Shown in pieces: positions 46,814 through 55,618 of a stretch of 64,000 nucleotides of DNA. The stretch comes from Patescibacteria group bacterium (lineage in GTDB: Bacteria; Patescibacteriota; Minisyncoccia; Ryanbacterales; GWA2-47-10b): positions 14,464 through 78,463 of the forward strand of contig JBBTQY010000003.1 of assembly GCA_038065475.1 (NCBI GenBank), read 5' to 3'. Position 1 is the stretch's first letter. Each line of letters opens with the position of its first letter. The notes beneath the pieces were generated by a model. The model had not been told where the DNA came from, ran no database searches, and worked only from the letters and a program-made list of their open reading frames with translations. A program made the translations under genes and the position numbers.

Positions 46814-48104
46814 ATTTAAACGCTAGAAGTCCTAAAAGAATTAATGGGATCACAATAGGATACCGCAATCTGGCACCAACGCCAAACCCCGTACTCACCA
46901 CCGTTACCGTGATAAAATAACCTACCATGATAATCAAGAAAATTACTTGATGATGATTGACGCCACGTATACCGCGCCAAGCACCCACAACGGCGAGCGC
47001 CGACACAGCAATCCAAAACATACGCCCAAGCCCTATCAATAAAATCTCCCACCATCGAAACTCGCCGAGTGCACCCTTTATTTTCGTTGGCCAATCTTTA
47101 TTGATAAACACAACGGGCGTTAAGTAATTGTGATGTCGCTTTACTTGTTCATCCGCATCTTTTTCCAAGAGGGCTGAATATCCTTCGTTGGTTAACAACG
47201 AGATCGTACTCACGCCGATCGTGGTCGCAAATGCCCTTGGGTACTCAAGTAAAAAGATGCGCGCCGCGCTACCCACGCTCGTGCAACGAGCCTCGAGCTC
47301 CCGGTACTGCGGCAACGCCCATGCCTCCGCCCAATTGCTCGCATCAAGGCGGTATTCTGACGAAAGAACACCTGCAAGGCCCCAACTACAAATGTTGCCG
47401 GAATCATCCGACGTAAGGTCATATGAGCCCCCAACAGCATTGTTACGTAACATCCATGGACTCATAAGTAGCACTGTAACGATAACAAAAATAAATGCAT
47501 GGCGTGGCCTTCGATATACAAACAACAAAAGAAATCCGATGAGCACGACTAAATACACTGGAGCGGGTTTTATATAAAGAGTGGCTACAATAGCTACTAC
47601 CGCAAGCAAAAGTGAACTTGTACTATTTTGATCAAGATACCGAATAAACGCAAAAACAAACAGCGCTAGAAAAAAAACAAAAACCGTCTCTGGTATCAAA
47701 AGAATATGAATGGTCGCCAGAAATGGCTCAAGCGAAAATAGCAGTGCTGCCCCAAGCGCCAAACGACTCGAAGTAAAGCGACTGGCAAGCAAGAAAAGGA
47801 TAAGCGCAGTACCCGCGGCAAGCGCCGCCTGTACTAATGATAACGCTATTGCTCCTACTACCTCGCCACCCGCCCACAAAAATAGCCCGAGCAAAAACGG
47901 ATAGAGCGGCATAAAACGCGTAGATGCAAACCCCTCTCCTCGAAATATTCCCTCGCCCAGGCCACGATAGAGTGATGAATCGCTCCAGAAAAGACGATCG
48001 GCTCCAAAAAGTAAAACAAAAACAAAAACTGCGGCGATCTTGATAATAAAAACCGCCCAGAAGAAATTGCGCGGTTTTGTTATAAAAGATACAAGCCCGT
48101 TCAT
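46794..48104 (-). CDS. ArnT/PMT-like GT-C membrane glycosyltransferase
   Basis: Polytopic, with an N-terminal SDSSLYRGLGEGIFRGEGF...FMPLYPFLLGLF loop of DxxY...PxYP type. Confidence 0.7.
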   Translation of the reverse strand: MNGLVSFITKPRNFFWAVFIIKIAAVFVFVLLFGADRLFWSDSSLYRGLGEGIFRGEGFASTRFMPLYPFLLGLFLWAGGEVVGAIALSLVQAALAAGTALILFLLASRFTSSRLALGAALLFSLEPFLATIHILLIPETVFVFFLALFVFAFIRYLDQNSTSSLLLAVVAIVATLYIKPAPVYLVVLIGFLLLFVYRRPRHAFIFVIVTVLLMSPWMLRNNAVGGSYDLTSDDSGNICSWGLAGVLSSEYRLDASNWAEAWALPQYRELEARCTSVGSAARIFLLEYPRAFATTIGVSTISLLTNEGYSALLEKDADEQVKRHHNYLTPVVFINKDWPTKIKGALGEFRWWEILLIGLGRMFWIAVSALAVVGAWRGIRGVNHHQVIFLIIMVGYFITVTVVSTGFGVGARLRYPIVIPLILLGLLAFKYERSRV

Positions 48105-48107
48105 AGA

Positions 48108-48770
48108 CTACACCTTGGGTGGCGTATTACGCATGCGCACCGACACATAGAGCGAGAGATTGAGTGGCACAAATGACGGTAGAAGAAGTCGCTTCTCGAT
48201 GGTAAATTGCTTACCTAAAAATCCGAGAATATAGTTGTGATCTGATGGATGAATATCTTCGGGATCTTCGCCGACAAGTTTGAAAAAACTATCGGTAATA
48301 ATATTTTTCACCGGGAACGAGATAACAACAAGACCGCCGGGCTTTACGATACGTGCGATCTCGCGAGCAGCGCGCTCAGACTCATGGATATCTTCAAGCG
48401 TGCTTACAATCACACACGCGTCAAACAACGCATCCGCAAACGGCATAGCCATAATATCGCCTGAAATAAGTTCGACGTTGCTAACCTGATACCAATCAAG
48501 CATGCGCTTGACCGCATCAGTCTCTTTGTGAAGATCGAGTGCGGTAACTTTTTTTGCAATTTTGGAAAGTGTGGGCAAGAGAATACCACTTCCGTAGCCA
48601 ATCTCGATAAGATTTTCGAACTGATATGGCTCAAGAAGTTTATAAGTATTCTTAAGACGCTGACGATACACAATGCTCGCCACAGGGTAATAGTGATACA
48701 TTACCGGATCACCCCAATTCGTCTGGGTCATTAAACGCTTTGGTGGAATGATCAATTTTGGTTTTTTCAT
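48108..48770 (-). CDS. Class I SAM-dependent methyltransferase
   Basis: LIEIGYGSGILL motif I and VKPGGLVVISFP. Confidence 0.8.
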   Translation of the reverse strand: MKKPKLIIPPKRLMTQTNWGDPVMYHYYPVASIVYRQRLKNTYKLLEPYQFENLIEIGYGSGILLPTLSKIAKKVTALDLHKETDAVKRMLDWYQVSNVELISGDIMAMPFADALFDACVIVSTLEDIHESERAAREIARIVKPGGLVVISFPVKNIITDSFFKLVGEDPEDIHPSDHNYILGFLGKQFTIEKRLLLPSFVPLNLSLYVSVRMRNTPPKV

Positions 48771-49135
48771 TTAGGTAAAAGAATAAGAATAACACCAAAT
48801 AGAATCGCTGCGATACCTACAACATGTAACGTCGAAAGGGCTTCTTTCAGAAAGATATAGGAAAACGCAGTAATAAGAACAAGCATAACGCCTACTGACA
48901 CCGGATACACGATATTGAGCTGGAGCCGAGAAAGAATAAACACATACAGAAAAAAACTCACCGCATAAAGCACGACCCCGGCAAATAGAAAACCATTTTT
49001 AAATGGCTCAAAAATAATACCGAGAGAGAGCCCCTCGCCCGCGATACGTTTTGCGCCCGTGCGCAGCATGAGCTGCGCCGAGACAGTAAAGATGATATCG
49101 AGCATTAAAAGCGCGTAAATAAGCGGCGAAGCCAT
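48767..49135 (-). CDS. SMR/DMT-type 4-TM small membrane protein, ArnE/ArnF-like (undecaprenyl-phosphate-aminoarabinose flippase subunit family)
   Basis: 122 aa from the internal ATG (MASPLIYALLMLDIIFTVSAQLMLRTG). Four TM helices. Sits in a GT-C/GT2 context. Confidence 0.6.
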   Translation of the reverse strand: MASPLIYALLMLDIIFTVSAQLMLRTGAKRIAGEGLSLGIIFEPFKNGFLFAGVVLYAVSFFLYVFILSRLQLNIVYPVSVGVMLVLITAFSYIFLKEALSTLHVVGIAAILFGVILILLPK

Positions 49136-49264
49136 AGGACAAGGATACCGGAAAAGCACTTTTGCTTCAAGAATAAACACATGCAAAATATTGACAAAAT
49201 AATATATATATGCTATATATTGAACGGGAAATGAGTTCCCCATTGATCCGAAGAGGAGTCAACT

Positions 49265-49987
49265 TTGACAACCAAATTCGAGCTGGCAAGCCCAGTGCGC
49301 GAGATCTTCGCGTATCTCGCCCCCAACTACTTCGATCCGAAGAAGGGTCACTGCAACTGGGGGCACGACGGTCAGCACCTGCTGCGCTGCCTCGCCTCAC
49401 GCAAGGCCTACTGGCCCGCGATCATCAACGACGAGCCCAACTTTGCGGGTGAGGGCAACGATCTCGCCATCGATCTCGGCCTCGCGCTTCACGATCTCGA
49501 CAGATCGAAGGAGCTCCGGGGTCGTACCGACGAGGCCAAAACGCGCCGACGCGACTTCGCTGCCGCTCTCATGCGTCAACACGACATCGACGAGTTCATC
49601 ATCCTGGAGGTCTTCGCCGCTCTCGACACCAAGTTCCTCCAGACCGACGATCCTCAGAAGACCCCGCTTGCCCGCGTCATCGACGACCTCGACAAGGCGG
49701 ACATGGGTGCCGTCGGCCTCTACCGCATGGCGGCAGTGGCCTGCGACCGCAACTACGGCGTGTTCGCCCGCGCACGCGACTTCGACCCGGATGCGCCGGC
49801 GATCGAGGGGGACGACAACCTCGACTCGTACGCCGCCGACATCTGCTTCTGCCTCGAGTGGCGGAACAAGCCCAAGTTCGCGATCGCGACGCCGGCCATC
49901 CGTCGCGCGGTCGAGCACCGTTTCGATTTCATGGAGGCCTCCCTCGCACAGCTCAAGCGCGAGCACGAGGAGCTCGGCCTCATCTAG
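49265..49987 (+). CDS. Hypothetical protein (240 aa), strongly GC-rich and of apparently foreign origin
   Basis: Long ORF with GC-rich third codon positions (GAC/GAG/CTC/GCC). It is followed 19 nt downstream by a strong intrinsic terminator. I recognise no domain. Confidence 0.5.
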   Translation: MTTKFELASPVREIFAYLAPNYFDPKKGHCNWGHDGQHLLRCLASRKAYWPAIINDEPNFAGEGNDLAIDLGLALHDLDRSKELRGRTDEAKTRRRDFAAALMRQHDIDEFIILEVFAALDTKFLQTDDPQKTPLARVIDDLDKADMGAVGLYRMAAVACDRNYGVFARARDFDPDAPAIEGDDNLDSYAADICFCLEWRNKPKFAIATPAIRRAVEHRFDFMEASLAQLKREHEELGLI

Positions 49988-50005
49988 GCGACCAACCGCA
50001 ACGGC

Positions 50006-50046
50006 GGGTAGGACTTCATCAGAAGTCCTACCCGCTTTTCTTTTTA
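50006..50046 (+). terminator. Strong rho-independent terminator (11-bp stem GGGTAGGACTT/AAGTCCTACCC, then GCTTTTCTTTTT)
   Basis: Read directly from the sequence. Confidence 0.7.
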
Positions 50047-50054
50047 TATAAAGA

Positions 50055-50096
50055 TAAATAAAAAATGCCGCGTTCGTACCGTTGTACGAACGCGGC
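50055..50096 (-). terminator. Strong rho-independent terminator for the convergent minus-strand gene (13-bp stem GCCGCGTTCGTAC/GTACGAACGCGGC, then ATTTTTTATTT)
   Basis: Read directly. Together with the previous feature it forms a bidirectional terminator pair. Confidence 0.7.
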
Positions 50097-50118
50097 TTGA
50101 CCTACGAGGATTGCCCCG

Positions 50119-50724
50119 CTAGTTGCTACTCGCTGGAGCCGGAGAACCTGTGTCACCTCCTTCGGCGTACGCTCGCCGAAGATTCCTAATCGTCCTCCAC
50201 TGGAGATGCATCGAGGAAGGCCCCCCGAAGCCCGGAATCAGCCAGTACTTAACGCACTCGAGCTTCTGTGTCCCTGGGTCGTAGACGTGAAGAGAAGGGG
50301 TGGTATCGTCACCCTTCAGCTTACTATGCCTCCAGGTGTGCAGATAGGCATGCCCACGCTCGCAGTAGGTGAAGAGCGGCGTGTCGTAGGAGATGAAATC
50401 GCTCTGGGGAGTGGGCAGCGGGATCAGTGGAATGTCGAAACCATCATGGCCGAGAACCTTCACCCTGAGCTCGTAGACCGGCGACATGCGACTGCCGCAG
50501 ATGAGACAACGGCGCAAGGGACATACGCCCCGATGCTTCGTCCGCCAGAACCACTTCACCTCGAAATTCCGCATGAGTCGTCCCCAGAAGTGCTCCTTGA
50601 GAAACAACTGCTTGAAGCAGAGCTCAGCCATCATCAGGAAACCTGCATACACCCCCTTTTCGAATTCGCTTGCCACACCTGAAGACGAAAGGTGGATACT
50701 CCACTTGTTATCGATTTTTGCCAT
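50119..50724 (-). CDS. Hypothetical Cys/His-rich protein (201 aa), GC-rich
   Basis: True start is the internal ATG (MAKIDNKWSIH) with a GAGAGG SD. It contains CPLRRCLICGS and a cluster of H/C residues (TYCERGHAYLHTWRH). The upstream part of the track ORF is an alternate-frame overlap of the cupin gene. Confidence 0.5.
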   Translation of the reverse strand: MAKIDNKWSIHLSSSGVASEFEKGVYAGFLMMAELCFKQLFLKEHFWGRLMRNFEVKWFWRTKHRGVCPLRRCLICGSRMSPVYELRVKVLGHDGFDIPLIPLPTPQSDFISYDTPLFTYCERGHAYLHTWRHSKLKGDDTTPSLHVYDPGTQKLECVKYWLIPGFGGPSSMHLQWRTIRNLRRAYAEGGDTGSPAPASSN

Positions 50725-50734
50725 ACATCCTCTC

Positions 50735-51106
50735 TTAGTCGACCGCAATCCCCCAATAGAAGATCTTGAAGGGGGCGACGATGACGACCTGGTTGTGAAG
50801 CGCGCCCGGCGGAATGGCGATGAAATCACCCGGCCCGACGCGCACGATCTTGTCGTCCACGTAGTAGTCCGCCTCGCCTTCGAGCACCACGTAGCACTCC
50901 CACATCGTGGAGTGCCTGTGCATCTCGGCTCCGACTGGTCCCTCGGGCAACGTTGCGATCGCGATCTGTGTGACGCCGGGCAAGACATCGCCTCGGCAGA
51001 TCACCTCTTTGATGGTATGCGTACCGTGACTCGTATGCTCCACCGTGCGCTCACTGGCGCGAACGACATAAGCCTTCATTTCCTCTACCCTCACTTTCTG
51101 TATCAA
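50735..51106 (-). CDS. Cupin-domain protein (cupin_2-type metal-binding barrel)
   Basis: HRHSTMWECYVVLEGEADYY...GDFIAIPPGALH is the two-motif cupin signature. GC-rich. Confidence 0.7.
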   Translation of the reverse strand: MIQKVRVEEMKAYVVRASERTVEHTSHGTHTIKEVICRGDVLPGVTQIAIATLPEGPVGAEMHRHSTMWECYVVLEGEADYYVDDKIVRVGPGDFIAIPPGALHNQVVIVAPFKIFYWGIAVD

Positions 51107-51183
51107 GTCCTGCTAATGCATAGCAAGAACAGTTTGCAGGAACACCTGCATTTTTATATCACAAAATATAATATTTGTCTATA

Positions 51184-51639
51184 CTAGCGGATCCCCGCCT
51201 TGCGTAGGAGTTTACGTACATCTTTTTGCGTATGCGACGGGATTTTGGAGAACCACCCAACATCAGTTGATTGCGAGTCAAGAACAGTCTCTTGTCTTGC
51301 GGTTATTAAACGTGCCTCATATACAATACTGATGGTTTGAGACTTGATCCCCCAGCGTGTTTCTGGCGCGTTGAGCGTACCTAAAATGCCACCTAGCTTT
51401 ACATGCAAACCAACTTCTTCGCGCGCCTTGCGTACTGCAGCTCGTTCGGGACTTTCTCCTAAAAATACTCGCCCACCTGGAGTCCACCAAAAACCCTTGT
51501 AAGGCTCATTGGCTCGCTTGTGCAACAGAACCTTTCCCCGATGTACAATCACAACATCAACCGTCAGTATCGGAACAGTGCCGATTATTTTTTTATAAAG
51601 CGCCAATGGTACGTGCTGGCTATTTTTTGATTGCGCCAT
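51184..51639 (-). CDS. Nudix hydrolase (GDP-mannose mannosyl hydrolase/Gmm-like nucleotide-sugar hydrolase)
   Basis: Nudix box GGRVFLGESPERAAVRKAREEVGL. Lies in an operon with gmd. Start at the internal ATG (MAQSKNSQ). Confidence 0.75.
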   Translation of the reverse strand: MAQSKNSQHVPLALYKKIIGTVPILTVDVVIVHRGKVLLHKRANEPYKGFWWTPGGRVFLGESPERAAVRKAREEVGLHVKLGGILGTLNAPETRWGIKSQTISIVYEARLITARQETVLDSQSTDVGWFSKIPSHTQKDVRKLLRKAGIR

Positions 51640-51640
51640 A

Positions 51641-52324
51641 TTATTTTTTCTCCCCTGCCATAAAAATAAACATGCCAAAATATTTAAGTGGCGTACGCTC
51701 GCAGATGCGACTTAACCAGTCAAGATGCGGGATGAGAAAAATAATAGCCTTTCTTTTTTCAGTAATATGAAAATTTGCTTCGCAAAAAAAACGCTCGAGT
51801 TTTCTTTGAGTTACAAAGCGTCGCACCTTGTCATCGAAATAGGTGGCATCTCCTATCCCCAGTCTGCGCAACAACGCACGCAAACGATCATAGATGCGCA
51901 TCGTATCGTTTGCTGATGAAAGCAAAAGTCGTCCACGGGGACGTAATACACGATAAGCTTCACGCATAAAAACCTCGGGATGATCAAGATAATAAACCAT
52001 CTCAGCTCCCACCACTGTATCAAATGATGCGTCAGGGAACGGTAAGTGCTCTGCATCGGCAACCACAGCATCAATGGTGAGTTTTTTCTTTATTTCATCG
52101 ACCATATTAGGCGATATATCTGTCGCGACTACACGACATCCGTGTTCTAAAAATGCCCGTGACATCTCACCCGTACCCGCACCTACTTCGAGGACATCTC
52201 CCTTGGCATATCTGAGAAAAAAATCGCGGCGACGACTAACAGCATACGCGCTTGTCACCGCATCATAACGAGATGCGGCGCTATCAAAAATATGGGCAAA
52301 TTCCTTGTTAGCAGGCTTAGTCAC
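51641..52324 (-). CDS. Class I SAM-dependent methyltransferase
   Basis: VLEVGAGTGEMSRAFL motif I and LRPRGRLLLSS. Confidence 0.8.
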   Translation of the reverse strand: MTKPANKEFAHIFDSAASRYDAVTSAYAVSRRRDFFLRYAKGDVLEVGAGTGEMSRAFLEHGCRVVATDISPNMVDEIKKKLTIDAVVADAEHLPFPDASFDTVVGAEMVYYLDHPEVFMREAYRVLRPRGRLLLSSANDTMRIYDRLRALLRRLGIGDATYFDDKVRRFVTQRKLERFFCEANFHITEKRKAIIFLIPHLDWLSRICERTPLKYFGMFIFMAGEKK

Positions 52325-52988
52325 GATACCGACGCAAAATCATGCGCAAGATTTTGAGTCCATGCCAAAACGCATTGACTTTGGTTTTGCCCGCAAAACG
52401 TGCACGCTCAAACGCTGGGACCTCGGCAAACTTGAGTCCTGCGCGATGCGCTTTTACCACGATTTCTGTACAAAATTCAAAACCCGTCGACGTAAGATGT
52501 AGCTTCTTGAGACCGTCACGTGTAATCGCGGTAAAAAGATAAAGAGAATCCGTGACATTGGTACCATGGATCACGTTGGTCAACCAAGTGAACATGCGAT
52601 TTCCAAACCAGCGGATAATCGTGTCATCTTCACTCTTACCACCTACCGTGTAGCGCGATGCCATCACATACTCATATCCTCGGCGTACCTTCTCAATAAT
52701 CGAAGCAATTTCATGAGGATTGTGCGAGCCATCAGCATCCATCATGATCACCACATCACCTGTGACAATGTCAAATGCCTCAAGAAAGGCGCCACCGTAA
52801 CCCTTACCCTTTTGCATCACTAACTTGTCCTCGGGGCGCAATTCGGCTTTTGCTTCTTCCCACGTCTTATCAGTCGAATGCCCGTCGATGATGACGATTT
52901 CATTGACAATATCGCGGGGCACTTCGCTGATAACTTTACCAATACACCCCTCTTCGTTACGCGTCGGTATAATAAGACTAACCTTCAT
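52317..52988 (-). CDS. GT2 polyprenyl-phosphate sugar synthase (ArnC/GtrB/Dpm1-like)
   Basis: MKVSLIIPTRNEEGCIGKVISEVP...IIDGHSTDKT...MMDADGSH motifs. Confidence 0.85.
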   Translation of the reverse strand: MKVSLIIPTRNEEGCIGKVISEVPRDIVNEIVIIDGHSTDKTWEEAKAELRPEDKLVMQKGKGYGGAFLEAFDIVTGDVVIMMDADGSHNPHEIASIIEKVRRGYEYVMASRYTVGGKSEDDTIIRWFGNRMFTWLTNVIHGTNVTDSLYLFTAITRDGLKKLHLTSTGFEFCTEIVVKAHRAGLKFAEVPAFERARFAGKTKVNAFWHGLKILRMILRRYRD

Positions 52989-53022
52989 AATTTTAGTTCC
53001 TAGACCTAGTCTAATATTGACT

Positions 53023-54117
53023 TTATTTATAAAACATTTTTATTGTATCCGCAACTCTCACAATATCCGCACTAGAGAGCTGCGAAGCAGACGGCAACCA
53101 TAAACCGCGCGCGGCAACTCGCTCTGCTACGGGAAATGATTCTGTACTCCATGCATCGCAATAAATTTTCTGCGTATGAATAGCGGGATATACTCGGCGC
53201 GAACCAATACCGTGAGACTTGAGATGTGCTGCGAGTCCGTCAGGATCGTCTACAAAGACCTCAATAAACCAAGGACTTGTATCATTTGTGTTAGTCGCTA
53301 TCATCGCAACTTGAGAGACATCTTTTAAAAGCTCGCAATATTTCTTCCAAATCTCTTTTTTGCGCCCAACACGCGCGGAAAGTTTTTTCATCTGCTCGAT
53401 ACCAATCACTGCCTGGATATCGGTAAATTTAAAATTCCACCCCCACTCATCATGCAAATCACTGCCACCACCCGTGCGGCCAAAATCTTTGAGTCGGCGC
53501 AACTTGCCTGCGAGCTCATCAGAATCGGTTACCAGCGCCCCCCCCTGCCCCGTGCTAATAATTTTAGGAACACTAAAAGAAAAACTTCCAATCTGGCCAA
53601 ACGTACCAAGGTGCTTACCCGCTTGTCGCGATCCCAGAGCTTGCGCCGCATCTTCAAGTAAAAATAAATTATGCTTGCGGCAAAAATCAACAATCTGCCG
53701 CATATCACCCGCACGACCATTAAACGCCACGTACATCATCGCGCGCGTTTTTGATGTTATTGCTCTTTCTGCTGCATCCAAATCCATACAAAGTGTCTTT
53801 GGATCGATATCAACAAGCACCGGTTCGATGCCGACAAGTTTTGCGGCGTTGGGACTAGCAATCATTGTAAAATCGGGCACCAGGACTTCATTGCCCGCCT
53901 CAAGCCCGAGCGCCAGAAGCGCGAGCGTGAGGCTGATAGTACCATTGGTGGTCATCACACAATATTTAGCGCCCGTAAACTCCGCGATCATACGTTCAAG
54001 CTCTTTGGTGCGCCCAAACTCCATCGCCCACCCGCCTGATTTCATATATTCAAAAACGGCCGTGGCTTCTTCATCGCCAAACCACGGCTCCATTTGAGGA
54101 ATATTTTTTTCGGTCAT
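53023..54117 (-). CDS. DegT/DnrJ/EryC1/StrS-family PLP-dependent nucleotide-sugar aminotransferase (candidate GDP-perosamine synthase type, given the adjacent gmd)
   Basis: EPWFGDEEATAVFEYMKSGGWAM...FTGAKYCVMTTNGTISL is the family N-terminus. The Per-like role is an inference from context. Confidence 0.8.
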   Translation of the reverse strand: MTEKNIPQMEPWFGDEEATAVFEYMKSGGWAMEFGRTKELERMIAEFTGAKYCVMTTNGTISLTLALLALGLEAGNEVLVPDFTMIASPNAAKLVGIEPVLVDIDPKTLCMDLDAAERAITSKTRAMMYVAFNGRAGDMRQIVDFCRKHNLFLLEDAAQALGSRQAGKHLGTFGQIGSFSFSVPKIISTGQGGALVTDSDELAGKLRRLKDFGRTGGGSDLHDEWGWNFKFTDIQAVIGIEQMKKLSARVGRKKEIWKKYCELLKDVSQVAMIATNTNDTSPWFIEVFVDDPDGLAAHLKSHGIGSRRVYPAIHTQKIYCDAWSTESFPVAERVAARGLWLPSASQLSSADIVRVADTIKMFYK

Positions 54118-54119
54118 AT

Positions 54120-54524
54120 TTAAATCAACACCTTATCTTCTACAAAAGGTCCATTTTTCACCTCAATAAACTCTGCATCACGCGTGATGTGGATGCCATA
54201 ACCACCATTGAGTAGGATCAACACGTCGCCTTCCTTGATAGAAGTTGTTTTAAATTTCTTATAGGCACGGCCTTCTTTTACATACAAATCAATGCGTGCC
54301 GAGCCCTTGCGCACAATAAGACATTCTTGCAACGCCTTGGTTATGCGCTTTTTGGGTGCATGCGCATGTGCCTTAAGATACGTTCCCTTAGGGTGTTTGA
54401 GTGTCACCATTTGCAGTGGCTCACTACCAGGCGTTACCGGCTTTGAGCCTTTCTCGATCTTGGTAATCTTTACTGCAACAAGAGTTTTTTTGTGACGAAA
54501 TTCCTCCATGAGTCTAGTATACAC
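54120..54524 (-). CDS. Small cupin-fold protein (WbuC / sugar ketoisomerase-like), 134 aa
   Basis: LKAHAHAPKKRITKALQECLIVRKGSARIDLY...LLNGGYGIHI has a His-rich cupin motif pattern. It is tightly coupled between gmd and the aminotransferase. Confidence 0.45.
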   Translation of the reverse strand: MYTRLMEEFRHKKTLVAVKITKIEKGSKPVTPGSEPLQMVTLKHPKGTYLKAHAHAPKKRITKALQECLIVRKGSARIDLYVKEGRAYKKFKTTSIKEGDVLILLNGGYGIHITRDAEFIEVKNGPFVEDKVLI

Positions 54525-55597
54525 TACACGAGTGGTAGACGTTTTACATCAAATTTTTTACCGAGATGAGCTTCTTGCTCGACAATCTTCAGGTCGCTCT
54601 CAGCCATGATCTTCGCGAGTTCTTTAAATGTCACCTTGGGCTGCCAGTCGAGTACCGTGCGAGCCTTAGTCGGATCACCCAAAAGCAAATCAACCTCTGC
54701 GGGGCGAAAGTGCACCGGATCAATCTCGATAACTGTCTTACCAGTCTTGCGATCAACACCGCGCTCTTCGACTCCTTCTCCTTCCCAGACAATATCCATG
54801 TCATAGTGCTTACCGACTTCTTCAGCAAACTCGCGCACGGTATGTGTCTCGCCCGTTGCCAATACAAAATCATCGGGTTTATCGTGCTGTAAAATTTTCC
54901 AAATACCTTCTACATAATCTTTGGAGTAGCCCCAATCACGTTTTGCGTTTAAATTACCAAGATGAAGTACTGGCTGCAAACCAAGCTTCACGCGCGCGAG
55001 TCCCGTAGTAATTTTACGCGTGACAAAATTGATACCACGACGAGGCGACTCATGGTTGAATAAAATACCATTTGACGCAAAAAGACCGTAGCTCTCACGA
55101 TAAATGCGAGTAGAGTAAAAGGCGAATACTTTTGAAAGGCCGTAGGGCGACTGCGGATTGAAAGGTGTTGTCTCTTTTTGTGGAGTTTCTAATACCTTAC
55201 CAAACATTTCCGATGAACTTGCCTGATAGTATTTGGTAGGAAGTTTGAGATCACGAATTGCCTCCAGAATACGTAGCGGGCCCACGCCCGTTACGTTTGC
55301 CGTGTATTCGGGCACATCAAAACTAATACGCACATGCGACTGCGCGCCAAGATTATAAATCTCATCGGGCTGAATCTTTGAGATAATACGAGCAATATTT
55401 GAAGAATCACCCAAGTCCGCATACGCGGTGATGAAATGCGGATACTTGGGATTATCGTACAAATGATCAATGCGATAGGTATTTGGCGTACTAGCGCGCC
55501 GCTGGAGCCCGTAGACCTGATAGCCCTTCTCAAGCAAAAATTCGGCCAAATAGGAGCCGTCCTGACCGGTAACACCTGTAATGAGGGCTTTTTTCAT
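54524..55597 (-). CDS. gmd: GDP-mannose 4,6-dehydratase
   Basis: [36 protein letters not shown] is the canonical Gmd N-terminus. Length is 357 aa. Confidence 0.9.
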   Translation of the reverse strand: MKKALITGVTGQDGSYLAEFLLEKGYQVYGLQRRASTPNTYRIDHLYDNPKYPHFITAYADLGDSSNIARIISKIQPDEIYNLGAQSHVRISFDVPEYTANVTGVGPLRILEAIRDLKLPTKYYQASSSEMFGKVLETPQKETTPFNPQSPYGLSKVFAFYSTRIYRESYGLFASNGILFNHESPRRGINFVTRKITTGLARVKLGLQPVLHLGNLNAKRDWGYSKDYVEGIWKILQHDKPDDFVLATGETHTVREFAEEVGKHYDMDIVWEGEGVEERGVDRKTGKTVIEIDPVHFRPAEVDLLLGDPTKARTVLDWQPKVTFKELAKIMAESDLKIVEQEAHLGKKFDVKRLPLV

Positions 55598-55618
55598 AAC
55601 TTGATTACTATACCATTA

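Noticed and set aside
49397-50061. Several overlapping plus- and minus-strand ORFs (49397-49966, 49443-50051, 49753-49983, 49858-50061) with Arg/Ser/Thr-rich translations.
   Set aside because: They are alternate-frame or antisense artefacts of the GC-rich 49265-49987 gene. They run through both terminators.
51107-51183. A GCAGG-aaca-CCTGC hairpin plus TTTTT on the plus strand, as a possible terminator.
   Set aside because: No plus-strand gene ends here. The hairpin sits in the leader of the minus-strand cupin gene and is more likely incidental or part of its 5' UTR.
50206-51187. Plus-strand ORFs of 158 aa and 233 aa antisense to the Cys-rich and cupin genes.
   Set aside because: They are antisense to better-supported minus-strand genes, which have recognisable cupin motifs and SD-coupled starts. 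GC-rich antisense frames are expected to stay open.
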